Notes: generated from the letters alone by a model not told the origin. A stretch of 64,000 nt of DNA from an uncultured Chloroflexia bacterium (GCA_963724295.1 CAVRUC010000003.1:96001-160000); one strand, 5' to 3'; positions 50,785-62,500 are shown, counted from the stretch's first letter. Translations and numbers: made by a program.

Positions 50785-51921
50785 ATGACGGGCAGCGGCA
50801 ACGGCAATATCACGATCGGACACGTTTGGGGCATCCCGATTCAAATCAACCCCAGCACGTTCCTGATCCTCGCCCTGGTGACCTGGACCCTGGCGCGTCC
50901 GGAAGGACTGCTTGCGGACGCGTACCCGGAGCTGGGGGCTATTGGCCTCTGGTTGACGGCGCTGCTCACGGCGCTCCTCTTTTTCGCCTCGATCCTGTTC
51001 CACGAACTGGCCCATGCCTGGGTGGCGAGACGGAACGGGATCCCCGTGGTCAGCATTACCCTCTACATCTTCGGCGGCATCGCGCAGCTAGGCGGCAAGC
51101 CAAAAACGCCGGGCGCGGAGTTTCGCATTGCGGTCGTTGGTCCTGCCTCCAGTCTCGTGCTCGCTGCCATCTTTTACGGGCTCAACCAGGGGTTCGCCGA
51201 TCGCGGGTTTTTCGGCGCATCGTCAGAATGGCTGGCCTACATCAACCTGATCCTGGCGCTATTCAACCTGCTGCCCGGCTATCCACTTGACGGTGGTCGC
51301 ATCCTGGAATCGATCGTCTGGGGCTTCACCCGAAAACAGGAGACGGGCGTCAAGGTTGCCGGAACGGCCGGCCAGATCATCGCCTACGGTCTGATTGCGC
51401 TCGGCGCATATCGTGTGTTCCAGGGTGACGTCTTCGGCGGCATCTGGTCGGTCATCATCGGTTTTATCCTGCATAACGCCGCGACAACCGAGAAGCGAGC
51501 GTTCTTGCAGCAGGGGCAGCTTGCCGGAATCCCCGTCTCGCAGGTCATGGGGATCGTTCGCGAGCCGGAAATCCCGGCTGAATTGACGATGCAAGACCTG
51601 GTCGAACGGCACATTCTTGGCCAGGGTCAGTCGTCGTTTATCGTCACCGCCGCGGGCAACCCCGTCGGAGTACTCAGCTTGCGCGACGTCTCAAATGTGC
51701 CGCGCGCGGATTGGGGCCAGACGACAACGGGCGACGTGATGACGCCGCTCACCGATTTGCCGCGGGTTGGTCCAGACGACGAGCTATTGACCGCGGTCCA
51801 GCTCATGGACGCCAACCAGCTGCTGCAGGTGCCGGTGTTCGACGGCAGCCGGCTGGCGGGGTTGTTGACTCGCGACGAGGTGATCCGCCATCTGCGGCTG
51901 CGCTCTGAAACAGGGCTCTGA
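50785..51921 (+). CDS. Site-2 protease (M50) with CBS domains
   Basis: HELAH, FNLLPGYPLDGG, two C-terminal CBS repeats. Confidence 0.93.
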   Translation: MTGSGNGNITIGHVWGIPIQINPSTFLILALVTWTLARPEGLLADAYPELGAIGLWLTALLTALLFFASILFHELAHAWVARRNGIPVVSITLYIFGGIAQLGGKPKTPGAEFRIAVVGPASSLVLAAIFYGLNQGFADRGFFGASSEWLAYINLILALFNLLPGYPLDGGRILESIVWGFTRKQETGVKVAGTAGQIIAYGLIALGAYRVFQGDVFGGIWSVIIGFILHNAATTEKRAFLQQGQLAGIPVSQVMGIVREPEIPAELTMQDLVERHILGQGQSSFIVTAAGNPVGVLSLRDVSNVPRADWGQTTTGDVMTPLTDLPRVGPDDELLTAVQLMDANQLLQVPVFDGSRLAGLLTRDEVIRHLRLRSETGL

Positions 51922-51932
51922 GGCAGCGCCGC

Positions 51933-52178
51933 ATGAACGTCGTCGTCAGGTATCACGGCATCATCGGCGACATGCTGCGCCGCAAGACGCAACAGGTCGA
52001 GATGCCCGACGATGCGACCGTCGCCGATCTCCTCACCGCGATCGGCGATGGGGATGAGGGCGCGCAGATGATCCTCAAGCAGACCCGGGCCTTTATCGAC
52101 GGCAAGCAAGCCGACCGCGCCGCGCCACTCGTCGACGGAGTTGAAGTCACCTTCATGCGCCCGATTGCGGGGGGGTGA
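51933..52178 (+). CDS. MoaD/ThiS sulfur carrier
   Basis: 81 aa ubiquitin-like protein ending PIAGG. Confidence 0.85.
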   Translation: MNVVVRYHGIIGDMLRRKTQQVEMPDDATVADLLTAIGDGDEGAQMILKQTRAFIDGKQADRAAPLVDGVEVTFMRPIAGG

Positions 52179-52180
52179 GC

Positions 52181-52286
52181 GGTGATTACTCGCTACGCTC
52201 GTGGTGGCAGGGTGGCAGGGTGGCAGGGTGGTGGGGGTCGTACTTCCTGTCACCTTGACACCCTGTGACCTCGCCACCCTGCCACC
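52181..52286. repeat. REP/BIME-like element, second copy, between convergent genes
   Basis: (GGTGGCAG)n facing (GCCACCCT)n; matches 8912-8947. Confidence 0.75.
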
Positions 52287-54246
52287 CTACTTCGATGCCG
52301 TCGACCCCGCTGGCAGATTGAGTCCGCCGGTGTGCGGCAGCGGGTTTGCTCCCGGGGCGTACGTTGCCCAATCGAGCCCGTAGCGGTCCAGCGACGCCTC
52401 GGTCGGCATGCCGGTCGCCTTGTCCCAGCCGGCCATCGCGTAATAGCGATCCAGGGCCTGCTCCAACTGTTCCTCGGTTACGTGCAGACCGTCCGAGGGA
52501 CCACCGGTCAGCGGCTTGAACAGCTTCTTCGGCAGCTTGTCCTGGTTGCGCCCCGCGCCCTCGCGCGCGTTGAAGAGCCGCTGCATGGTCAGCTTGCGCG
52601 CACCAACGTCGACGAGCTCGTCGACCGAGGTATTCCAGCCGGTCGCCGCATTCAGCGCCTGCGAGAGATGGTCCGGTCCATAGAGCTGCCAGGCCGGACC
52701 GTAGACGAACTGGCAGACCGACGCCGAGTCGAGCAGCGAATAGAACTGCTGGGTGATGAGCGCGAAGCGCACTTTTTCGTCCGAGAGGTTCATCGGATCC
52801 TGAGGATCGGTCAAACCCAGCAACGCCAGCCGGCGCAGGCTCTCTTCGTCGGAGTCTGGCGCGTATCCCGGATCGTGCTCGCTCGACTGGTGATCGGCGC
52901 CGAATGGGTTGACCGCGTAGATCAGCGCCAGCGAGCGCTTCACCTGCGGCATGTGCGCCGGTAGGGCGTTTCCCTTGACCGCGGTAATCAACTCTCCGCC
53001 TCTACCGCCGAGCTTGCGGGACGCGCCATTCATCCCTTCGGCCAGCACGTCGCCGAACCCCTCGCGGGTGGCAATCATCTCCGTCAGCTTCACCATCGAC
53101 TCAGCATCGCCCCACAGGATGGGCATGCCGCCGGTGTCGGCCAGCGTGATCTCGCCCTTGGCAAAGGCATCCATCGCCCAGCCGATCGTCGCGCCGACCG
53201 CGATCGGGTCCATCCCCTCCTGGTTGCAGATCTGGTTGGCCAGGGCCACCCGGTCGAGGTCGGAGATCATGCAGTAGGAACCGAGCGTCGCCAGGTTCTC
53301 GTACTCCGGACCGCCGTAGCGGCCCTCGACCCCAAGCTCCTTGACCTCGACCACCCGCTTGCAGCGGACCGCGCAGGCGTAGCAGGTGTCGTTCTTGAGC
53401 AGGATGGTGTCGTACATCCGCTCACCGGAGATCTGCTCGGCCTGATCGAAGACGCCGCTGTCCCAGTTGTGCGTCGGCAAGCCTCCGACAGATTGCTGAG
53501 CCAGTACCGTCTCGGCGGTGCCGTATTTCTGCAGACCGGCCATGGCGACGTTGACGCGCACATTCTTGGCGCCCCATTGCGTCAGCTTCTTCAGGCCATC
53601 GGGATCCTGGACCGCCACCTTGCCGGTGCCACGCACCACGATCGACTTGAGGTTCTTGCTCCCCATCACGGCACCGGTGCCGGTTCGCCCTGGAGCGCGG
53701 GAGGTGAAGGTAATCGGGCAGGCGAACTTCACCAGATTCTCGCCAGCGCGGCCGATGGTCATGGTTTGCAGCTTGCTGTCGCCAAGCTCGGCCTTGATGG
53801 TGTCCTCGAACACGCCGGTACCCATGCCCCAATACGGCGCCGCGTCGCGAAGCTCGTATTGCCCGTCCTTGATCCAGAGGTAGACCGGAGACGGCGACTT
53901 TCCCTTGACCACAATGGCGTCAAACCCCGCCATCTTCAGCTCGGCCGGGAAAAATCCTCCGACCTGGGCATCGCCAATCAGACCGGAAAGTGGGCTCTTG
54001 CAATTGACGCTCATCCGGCTCTGACCGGAGATCGCGGTCCCGGTGAGGGGGCCGCCGGCAAAGACGAGAACGTTTGCAGGCCCCAGCGGGTCGGCCTTTG
54101 GCGGGACCTCGCGCAGGATGTAGTCCATGGCCAGTGCCGCCCCGCCCATGTACTTGCGGTACCAGGCGTCGTCATGCTCGTCGACATGTGAGCGTGCCGT
54201 TGCTCAGGTCCGCGACCAGGATCTTGCCGGTGTAGCCGAATGCCAT
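52287..54246 (-). CDS. aor: Aldehyde:ferredoxin oxidoreductase (tungsten AOR family); frameshift near 54190
   Basis: MAFGYTGKILVADLS; KSPLSG, GR.G.GAVMGSKNLK, CYACAVRC, GPEYE, DSASVCQF. Confidence 0.9.
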
Positions 54247-54458
54247 GGCGCATCTCCTACCATCTGCCCACCGTCGCGCCTCCGCGCCGTCACGGATCGC
54301 CCCGCGGGCTTCGCTGCGTTGTCATGTGGCGGCATCCTGCCCGCATCGCGGCAGCCGGTCAAGAGATTACCTGCCCCGACCGCGCGCTTGTGCGCCGAAA
54401 ATCGCTGTGATACCGTCACTTTGCGAAGAACGAGGGCGTGGTTGAAAAGGACACCGTT

Positions 54459-54878
54459 ATGCAGGGTCAGTCCGAACGCGGTGGTCCATTGGAGATCCGC
54501 TCCAAGATCTGGATCGAGCGCCGCGGCCGGGGGGACGTCGTCCTCTCCGAATGGCGCGTCGAGCTGCTCGAGGCGATTGACGCATACGGCTCGCTCAGCC
54601 GGGCCGCCGAAGCGTTGGACATTCCCTATCGCACCGCCTGGGAACGAGTGAAGGCGACAGAGGGCGAGATCGGCTTCCGCCTCCTGGACAGCGAGAGCGG
54701 CGGACTGGAGGGTGGCGGCAGTCGCCTCACGCCGCAGGCTCGCGATCTCTGTCGCCGCTTCCGGCGGGTCTCCGGCGGCATCCAGGAAGTGGTCAGCCGC
54801 CGTTTCGCGGCCGAGTTCGGGGATGGCAGCGAAGGGGCGCAGAGCATGCCATCGGGCGACGAGAACGGAACGAGCTAG
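54459..54878 (+). CDS. ModE-like winged-helix regulator (DNA-binding domain only)
   Basis: KIWIE...RVELLEAIDAYGSLSRAAEALDIPYRTAW...GG..GGGSRLT. Confidence 0.85.
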   Translation: MQGQSERGGPLEIRSKIWIERRGRGDVVLSEWRVELLEAIDAYGSLSRAAEALDIPYRTAWERVKATEGEIGFRLLDSESGGLEGGGSRLTPQARDLCRRFRRVSGGIQEVVSRRFAAEFGDGSEGAQSMPSGDENGTS

Positions 54879-54902
54879 ACGGCGCCCCAGGGAGAGCCGG
54901 AG

Positions 54903-55442
54903 ATGGCCAACAGGACTGATATCGAAGCGGGTGATACCGACTTGGCTGCGGAAACGCGTATCCACGCGCTGCTCGCCCTGCCGGACGGCAGGCAATCGCT
55001 CCTCACGGTCGCGACCGCCGAATCCCTCACCGGTGGCAACGTCTCAGCTCGGATCACCGCTATCTCCGGCTCATCCGGGTACTTCCTCGGCGGCATCGTC
55101 GCCTACTCCAACGCGGCGAAGGCATCGCTGCTGGGCGTCTCTGAGGAGACGCTCGCCACGCGGGGGGCGGTTAGCGCCGAGTGCGCCCGTGAGATGGCCG
55201 AGGGCGCGCGCCGCGCCTTCGGCGCCGACTTCGCGGTGGCGACCACCGGCATCGCCGGACCGGGTGGCGCAACCGAGCGCAAGCCGGTCGGTCTGGTCTA
55301 CATCGGCCTCGCCGGCCCGGACGGCGTGACGACCGAGGAGTTCCACTTCCCCGGCGGCCGCGCCGTCGTGACCGACGCCTCGACCGAGGCCGCGCTGCTC
55401 ATGCTGCTGCGTGGTCTGGAGCGCCACCTCGGCCAGGCATAG
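54903..55442 (+). CDS. CinA C-terminal domain / NMN deamidase (PncC-like)
   Basis: ATAESLTGG, GSS.YF.GGIVAYSN..K, GAVS...A.EMAEG, TTGIAGPGG, KPVGLV. Confidence 0.9.
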   Translation: MANRTDIEAGDTDLAAETRIHALLALPDGRQSLLTVATAESLTGGNVSARITAISGSSGYFLGGIVAYSNAAKASLLGVSEETLATRGAVSAECAREMAEGARRAFGADFAVATTGIAGPGGATERKPVGLVYIGLAGPDGVTTEEFHFPGGRAVVTDASTEAALLMLLRGLERHLGQA

Positions 55443-55486
55443 CGATGACCATCGCCGCAGGATCGCGCGACTCGCCCGGCAGCGCG

Positions 55487-56695
55487 TTAGATCTCGATCA
55501 ATCTGCGTGGGGCCTCCGGGGAGATGCGGCTGAGGCGCCCATTGGTGACGACGTGCTCTTCCTCGACGACGTAGTTGCCGGTGGAGCCGAGGTATGCCGG
55601 TTCCACGCAAAGCACCGTGCCATCTTCCAGTGGCGTGGGGTCATCCGGGTGGAGCGAGGGCGGCTCCGGCATATAGAGGCCGATGCCGTGGCCGAAACGG
55701 CCGAACCCGACACTACCGGGAGGCAGGTCCAGCGCCGAACCGATGGCGCGGCCGAGACTGCCGGCGGTGGGAGCGGCATCGAGCGCTACCGCGGCGTCGA
55801 GAGCACGGACGGCGCGAGCAAAGTCATCGCGCTGGGATGGCGTCGGCGGGCCAACGGTGTACATGCGACAGTAGTCGGCCCAATACCCATCGACCACGAC
55901 GCCGCCGTCGACGAAGAGCACCTCGCCTTTCCGCCAGCGCCGCTCGGTCGGGTCGCCGAACAGACCACGCTCGACCCCGGCAACGGCCATCGTGTACCCG
56001 AGACGGTGGGCACCGTGAGTGAAACTCGCCGCGGCCAGGACATTGTGGATTTCGCGTTCGCTCATTCCCGGTCTCAGCGCGGCATGGAGGTCCACGAAGG
56101 CGCGTTCGAGGATGGCGCTCGCGGTGCGCATCCGCTCGATTTCCCAGGCGCTCTTGCGCAGGCGGGCCGCCCAGATGAATTCGGACGCGTCGAAGCGCCG
56201 GAAAGTTGCCGGCAGCAAATCGATGATGCGGGACGCCGGCGGGTGCACCGCGCCGAGCGCGTCGACGCCAATCGTGTTTGCGGCGCGCTCCCTCAGCACG
56301 TCCGCGAGGACCTCACAGGCGTGTGGGGCGAACTGGATCGCGCCATCGGGGAGACCGCCCAGGCCATCCGGTGAACGCAGCTCGACGTACGCATGCACGG
56401 TCACGCCCGGCACTCGCGAGCGCACGGCATCGGCTTCCGTCTCGGCACAGACGACGTCGAGTGTGCTCGGGGTGAGGATGGCGACGATCGGACGCGAGTG
56501 GTTCGACCAGGTCGCGGTCGTGTAGCCGGTGAGGTAGGTGACAACACCCTCGCGGGTCGCGACGAGCGCGTCACCGCCGGCTTCCGCCAGACTCGCGCGC
56601 AGGACGGCATGCCGCCGTGTCAGCTCCGCTGCAAGTTCACGATCCAGACCTTCGACGCTCGACAACTCGCTGCTCCTCTTACGGACTGCCGTCAC
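55487..56695 (-). CDS. M24 Xaa-Pro peptidase family protein
   Basis: RLRKS..EI; full D-D-H-E-E set (VDGG, WADY, GHGIG, VEP, VEE). Confidence 0.85.
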   Translation of the reverse strand: MTAVRKRSSELSSVEGLDRELAAELTRRHAVLRASLAEAGGDALVATREGVVTYLTGYTTATWSNHSRPIVAILTPSTLDVVCAETEADAVRSRVPGVTVHAYVELRSPDGLGGLPDGAIQFAPHACEVLADVLRERAANTIGVDALGAVHPPASRIIDLLPATFRRFDASEFIWAARLRKSAWEIERMRTASAILERAFVDLHAALRPGMSEREIHNVLAAASFTHGAHRLGYTMAVAGVERGLFGDPTERRWRKGEVLFVDGGVVVDGYWADYCRMYTVGPPTPSQRDDFARAVRALDAAVALDAAPTAGSLGRAIGSALDLPPGSVGFGRFGHGIGLYMPEPPSLHPDDPTPLEDGTVLCVEPAYLGSTGNYVVEEEHVVTNGRLSRISPEAPRRLIEI

Positions 56696-56701
56696 TGGCC
56701 A

Positions 56702-59700
56702 CTACCCGCCCGCGGGCGCTGGACAACCCTCCCCTTCACAGACGATCCGGCCCTCGATCTCTGGATCGAGCGGCTCGCCCGGCAGTGACAATGGCGACTC
56801 CCCGGCGACGTACGCGGAGACGACCGATGCCAGGATGTCGCGCGTGGCGGCACGGGAGAGGATGGGCGGGTAGTTGTCGCCGCCAGAGGCCGTGAAATCG
56901 TTGGTGGCGATGGTATATGTCGCCGCCTCCGACAGGTCGATTGCCTCCCCGCTGCACGTCCCGTCCGCCGCCTGCCGCACAGCGCCGGTCACGCGATTGC
57001 CCGGTTCCGCGTCGATGTCGTAGGTGAAGCAGAGGCCCGAGACCTGGGGGAACGCTCCCGACGCCGCGGGCATGGCCGCTACTCCGGCCTCGAGCATCGC
57101 CTTGAGCTCCGCGCCGCTTACTTCGGCGGTCACCGCCACGTTGCCGAAGGGCAGCACGGTGAGGACCTGTCCCTCGGTGATCGGAAGCTCGCCGGCATCC
57201 GTGGGACAGAACTCGCCGCCCTCCGGCGGGCACGTCAGGTCGGCGCGGATCCCCCCGAGTTGGTGATGGCGAAATCGGTTCCGTACGTCATGCGCAAGGC
57301 ATCGGCGATGACGTCGCCGATGAGCGATTCACAGGTGCGCCCGGTCTCCATGCCGCAGGCGTCGGCTCGCGGGATCGGTTGCACCGCCGACCCGATGACT
57401 CGGCCCAGGGTCGGCGCCAGCTCGACTGACAATTGCTCGAGCGTCGCGGCGATCTCCGGATCCGGAGTGACCCCGATGTTCCAGGGACGGTGGTGGTCGG
57501 CGGTACGGTAGACCAGCTCGCCGCTCTCGCTGTCGACGACGAGGCGCACCCGGGTGAACATCACGCCCTTGGAGCGGTTCTCGACCAGGAGCGTGCCGTT
57601 TGGTCGGACGGCCGAGACCTGGACGTCGGTGTGGTCACCGACGACGAGGTCCACGCCCTCGAGCTGGTCGGCCACATCCACCACCGGACCCGTCGGGTCG
57701 GTCAATGTCCCGCCGGTGGCGCCCATGTGTCCCATGGCGATGATGACGTCCGCGCCTTGCTCGCGCAGGCGCGCCGCCTCAGCGTTGATCGGCTCGACCG
57801 GATCGATGACCCGGTATGGCCCGAGGGCGCCGGGTCGCGTCAATTGCGGGATATCCGGGTTGGAGAAGCCGATGAGTCCAACGCTCACGCCCTCGAAATC
57901 GAGCAGCAGGGATGGCAGGAATGGCGGTTCACCGGGGACGGGCGTGGCGTCGGCGCGGGCCGGAACCAGATTGACCGACAGGTACGGGAAATTCGCCACC
58001 GGCGCCAGGTTCTCGAACATGTTGGCGGCCCCGGCGTCGAAGTTGTGGTTGCCGAGCGCGTCGGCGCTGAATCCCAGCGCATTCATCGCCTCGATCGCGG
58101 GCAGATCGCCGAAGACACTCGAGATCGGCGGTGTCGCTCCGACCGCGTCTCCCGCCGTCACCAGCAGGGTTTCGCCCCGCGCCTCCGCGCGATAGCGGTC
58201 GAACCAGGGAGCGAGGAACGCGACGCCCCCGACGTCAAACGAGGAGCTCACCGCGTCCTCGGCGTCGATGTCGTCGGCGGCGGCACTCAAGGGCGGGAGC
58301 TGGCCGTGGAAATCGCTGATATCGAGCAGCGTCACCTCGCGCAACGTCGACCCGTTTGCCAGGAGCTCGTAGAGAATGCTTCCGCTGGCGTTGTACGGCC
58401 CGGGCACACCGAGCAGGTAGGCGGCAGTCGGCGCGACGTCGATGCCGCGGGCGGTGAACGGCGTACCCGAGCCGATCGTCGGCCCAGCGGCCAGGAAGAG
58501 TCCGGCGTTCTCGGCGCCATCGGCAGGGAGATAGCCTCCGGCGAGGACTGGCATTGCCTTGGCCACGACGACGCCCTCGATCGCGTCGTCGAACCGGTAG
58601 GGTGGCGCCAAGGTGACCACGACGTCGCCCGTCCGGCTGGGGTGGAGGGCATCTGCGCCGCCGACATCGCGAAGATCTTCCTTGCGGAAGACTCCGGCGA
58701 CGAGCGGCAGCATCCGGGCTGGCCGAATCGCGGAACTGCTCGAAGGCGGCGACGATTGCGTCCCTGGTCGGCTCGTAGTCCTCCTCCGCCACCGATCCCG
58801 CCGCTTCCCGGCCATCGAGATTGACGTAGACGTGGGCCGTTCCGCCCGACCAGCAGACCTTGACGGCCGGACCCACAGGCAATGCCTCCGGATCGGGGGT
58901 GCCGGGGGGTGTACTCACGGGACCGGGTACACAGTTTTCGGGCTGCTCTGCTTCGGTGATGCCGGCGTCGACCAGGACCTTGCCGGCGTTGACGGCGAGC
59001 CAGGATGGTGCGAGTCCCCATGGTGAAACCATCAGCGTCGTTGCCTCGGGACCGAGCAGATCGCGGCCGGCCGCGAGGAACTGATCCGCCATCATGTAGC
59101 CGTCACGAACGAACCCCTCGCATCGTCGGCGTCGAAGGCGACGAGTCCCTCGCTCCGCGCCTGCCGAGAGGTGTCGCGACGGCGCCGCCGGCATCGCGAC
59201 GCGGCGGGGAACCCGAGAAATTGTCGCGAGACGGCGTCGGGAACGGCTGTGCTCAGCAGCAACAGATCGGGCTGGACGCCGAGATGCTCGACGATGAACC
59301 GCAGCGCATCGACGGTCTGCGAGGCACCGGCGACTCCCTGATCGACGAAGGTCACCCCGTCGATCAGCCCGCCGCCAGCGGTGCGGCGTCCACGGCGACA
59401 GGAGGGCCGATGGCGACGTTGAGTGACTCCTCGAAGCCACCCGGCGCCGTGCACTCGGGTCGATCCCCGCAGCCGCCCCACGACGCTGCAACGCGGCTGA
59501 CCGCTGTGTAGTAGAGACGGAACGAGCTGAGATCGGGAGCCAGGTCGACAGTCTTCAGCCAGAAACCCGCCGAATGGCCATCCCGCTCGCCGTTCAGCGC
59601 GACGGATACCCCCGCCCACGATCCCGAGGCCAGATCTGCCCGAGAGCCGGCGGCGTCCTTCTCCGGCGCCACCAGGACGCGGTCGTAGTTCAGGGTCGCA

Positions 59701-60467
59701 TCGTCGGTGGAGTCGTAGATATAGACGGCAAAGCCGCGATCCGGGTTGGGACCAGCCGGGTCGAGGGAGCGGATGGTGAAATCGGTCTCCTGCGCCGGGC
59801 TGAACGACTCCGGAACCTCCGCCCAACCCTGCGCCGGTCGCAGATCGACGCGCTCATAGCCGACGCCGTGCCGTTCAGCGTCGGCCGGTTGATTGGCGAG
59901 ATCGATGGTCGTGACCACCCCGGATTGGGAATACGGAATTGGCCCAGCGACGACCGGGCCGCCAAGCGGCGGATCGAGTGTGGAGACCCCTTCCCAACCG
60001 ACCGAAACCACCTGCTTGCCGACGCGCTCGGCAGCCTGCGGCAACGTGTCGGCCTGGATCAGACCGGGGTCGGTCCAGGTGGCGAAGTCCGCGAAATCGG
60101 GTGAACCAGTGCGGTAAAAGTGGTCGGCCACGACTCCGTGCTCGGCCGGCCAGGTTCCTGTCAGTAACGTCACCGGGTTGGTGCCGGTCGTGGTCGGAAA
60201 GGGTGCAGCCAGACCACCGTCGGCACTGACGCCTTCGGCCAGTACGCCGGCGATTGCCGGCAGAGCGCCTTCGGCGGCAAACGTCTCGACCAGATCGCGG
60301 CGCATCCCGGGAGCGTTGAAGAGCAGAACCGGTCCTCCACCCGCGTCGCCCGCAACCGGCGTCGCCTCCTGGGCATCCGCCGCGGCAGGAACGAGGGAGG
60401 CAGGCACCGCGAGCAACAGCGAGAGCACGAGGGCGAAAAGAAACGCAGGATAGCGGAACCCGGTCAT
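56702..60467 (-). CDS. Secreted alkaline-phosphatase-superfamily phosphodiesterase fused to 5'-nucleotidase; several frameshifts
   Basis: Signal peptide; PFPTTT..N..TL.TG.WP.EHG; then SDFHGQL, AGD.VGA, LGNHNFD, GDHT, TNSGG.R, LPFGN, FPQVSG, TNDF...GGD.Y. Confidence 0.8.
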
Positions 60468-60569
60468 GCGGCATGCTCCCTGGTCAAGGACTGGCCAATC
60501 TGTGAGGACAGTATCACGACGTTCGCCGCAAATGAATGGAGCAAAGATCAAGCCCGCGCGGGATGCGGC

Positions 60570-62402
60570 TCACGCCAGCTCGTAGAGCCCGATCTCATCG
60601 AACGAGACGGAGAATGGAACTGTGCCTTCGGAGGCCATCAACGCGCCGAAGCTGACGTGGCCCCGGTTTCCGATCTCGGGGAGAACCGCGCTGGCGGCCG
60701 CGGCGACGTCGACTTCATTAACAAGGAGCAGCGGGAACCCATCGCGCACCCGCAGCTCGATGGTCTCCAGCGGCCGCGGAGTGTCTTCCGTTCCGTAGGT
60801 ATAGGGCCCGGTCCAGGTAACGAACCTCGCGCTTTCGGCATCGAATTGGAGCACTTCCCACGTCTGCCGCGAGGGATCGACGGCGAAGACCCATTGTCCC
60901 CCGGCGGGATCCGTCCGCGTTTCGATCGTCACCATGCCGTCGCCGCTGGTCTCGTCGATCCGTAGCAGCGCGGCGAAGTCCTGACCGGTCAGCGGCTTGT
61001 CAGCCTCGGAGAGGGGGAAACCCGAGACGAGGCCGGGCTCTGAAATATGCAAGGAGAACGCACCTTCACTGTAGGAGCTGGTCGAATCGCCCTCACTCGT
61101 GGCGACGAAGCGCTCGGAACCTTCAAAGCCGTCGATGACGATGGCCCGGCTGTAGGGTGCGAGCCGCGCAATCGCCATCGTCGCTTCCGGACGTGACGAA
61201 TCGATGGCGACGGCCCCGGCGAACGCCGAGCGCGCCGACTCCAGTCGTCCCGCGGCCGCTTCCTGCCTGCCGAGCTGGAGATAGGCGTCATAGAGCGAGG
61301 TCGCGATGGTGCGGTCGTCCGGGGCATTTTTCAGGGCGTCATCATAGAAATTCGCCGCGCACCGCCAGTCGCCGCGCGCGGCGCAGCCGGCAGCGGCCGA
61401 GAGGCTGGCCGCCAGATCGTCCCTAGTCGTCGCCAGACTCACGGTCGACTGTGGGCCGGCTTGTGCCGATACCCCGGCGTCGACCGAGGCCAGGAGCGGC
61501 CGGGCCAGATCGATTGGCCGCAACTGCGTCAGCGAGCCGCCGGTCGGCAGGCAGCCGACGTCGTCCTCACCGATAACCCCATCCCGGTTCGTGTCTCCCA
61601 CACGGCAATCGAGCGCCGAGCCGGAAGTTGGTACGCCAATCAGCTGACCCGCATCGTTGACCGCGGCGCCGCCGGAGTTTCCGCCGGAGGTCACGGCATC
61701 GGTATTGATCCAGGCGGTACCATCGATTCCCTCTTCGAACAGGAAGCCGCTGACGATGCCGATCGTGTAGGTCAGCGAGCCACTGCCGATGGCGGGGAAC
61801 CCGAAGACATGGACGGTCTCGCCGAGATTGACGCCATCGGAGCTCCCCAACGGAAGAACCGGCAACTCGAGCGTTTCCGGAGCGAGGGGCGTCCCTCGCT
61901 CATCGGAGTCAATGCGCAGGACGGCCAGATCGAGATCGGCATCCTCGGCGATGACCCGAGCCAGGTAGCTCGGGTCTGGCAAGTGGCGCCCATCGGAGAC
62001 CGCGATCATGAGCCGTTCTGGGTCGACTTGGAGATCGGCGTTCTTCCCCTCGGTCGCGAGTTGCGTGTCCAGCTCGGCCAGCTTCTCCTCGATGCCAGCG
62101 GGAGTGATGAGGTGCTGGTTGGTCAGGATCAGCCCCTCCGGCGAGACGACGGTCCCGCTGCCAACGGCATACCAGATCAGCTGCTCCTCGCCGTCGACGG
62201 TGCCGCGCACGACGATCGAAAGCTGAACGACCGCATCGATGGCCTGCCCCAGCATTGCGGGATCCGCCTGGGCGCGAGCAGGCATCTGAGCCGGCCCCGC
62301 CAGGAGGCAGATCCCTGCCAGAATCACCAGCAGCAGACGCACGCCGGTTCTTCCGCACATCCTGATAGGAGTCATAAGCAACGCACCCGGGATCATCCGC
62401 AC
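60570..62402 (-). CDS. Secreted trypsin-like (S1C) serine protease with TPR-like and C-terminal beta domains
   Basis: GSG..V, LTNQH, DLAVL, GNSGG catalytic triad motifs. Confidence 0.85.
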   Translation of the reverse strand: MRMIPGALLMTPIRMCGRTGVRLLLVILAGICLLAGPAQMPARAQADPAMLGQAIDAVVQLSIVVRGTVDGEEQLIWYAVGSGTVVSPEGLILTNQHLITPAGIEEKLAELDTQLATEGKNADLQVDPERLMIAVSDGRHLPDPSYLARVIAEDADLDLAVLRIDSDERGTPLAPETLELPVLPLGSSDGVNLGETVHVFGFPAIGSGSLTYTIGIVSGFLFEEGIDGTAWINTDAVTSGGNSGGAAVNDAGQLIGVPTSGSALDCRVGDTNRDGVIGEDDVGCLPTGGSLTQLRPIDLARPLLASVDAGVSAQAGPQSTVSLATTRDDLAASLSAAAGCAARGDWRCAANFYDDALKNAPDDRTIATSLYDAYLQLGRQEAAAGRLESARSAFAGAVAIDSSRPEATMAIARLAPYSRAIVIDGFEGSERFVATSEGDSTSSYSEGAFSLHISEPGLVSGFPLSEADKPLTGQDFAALLRIDETSGDGMVTIETRTDPAGGQWVFAVDPSRQTWEVLQFDAESARFVTWTGPYTYGTEDTPRPLETIELRVRDGFPLLLVNEVDVAAAASAVLPEIGNRGHVSFGALMASEGTVPFSVSFDEIGLYELA

Positions 62403-62500
62403 ACGCCGAGTATGAAAAGAACGCCTGAGGCGAGCAACGCGTACCGCCGCATCAGCCCTCAGTCGCTCTCGCCGCGACGGGATCGCCTCGGGCTTACCGG

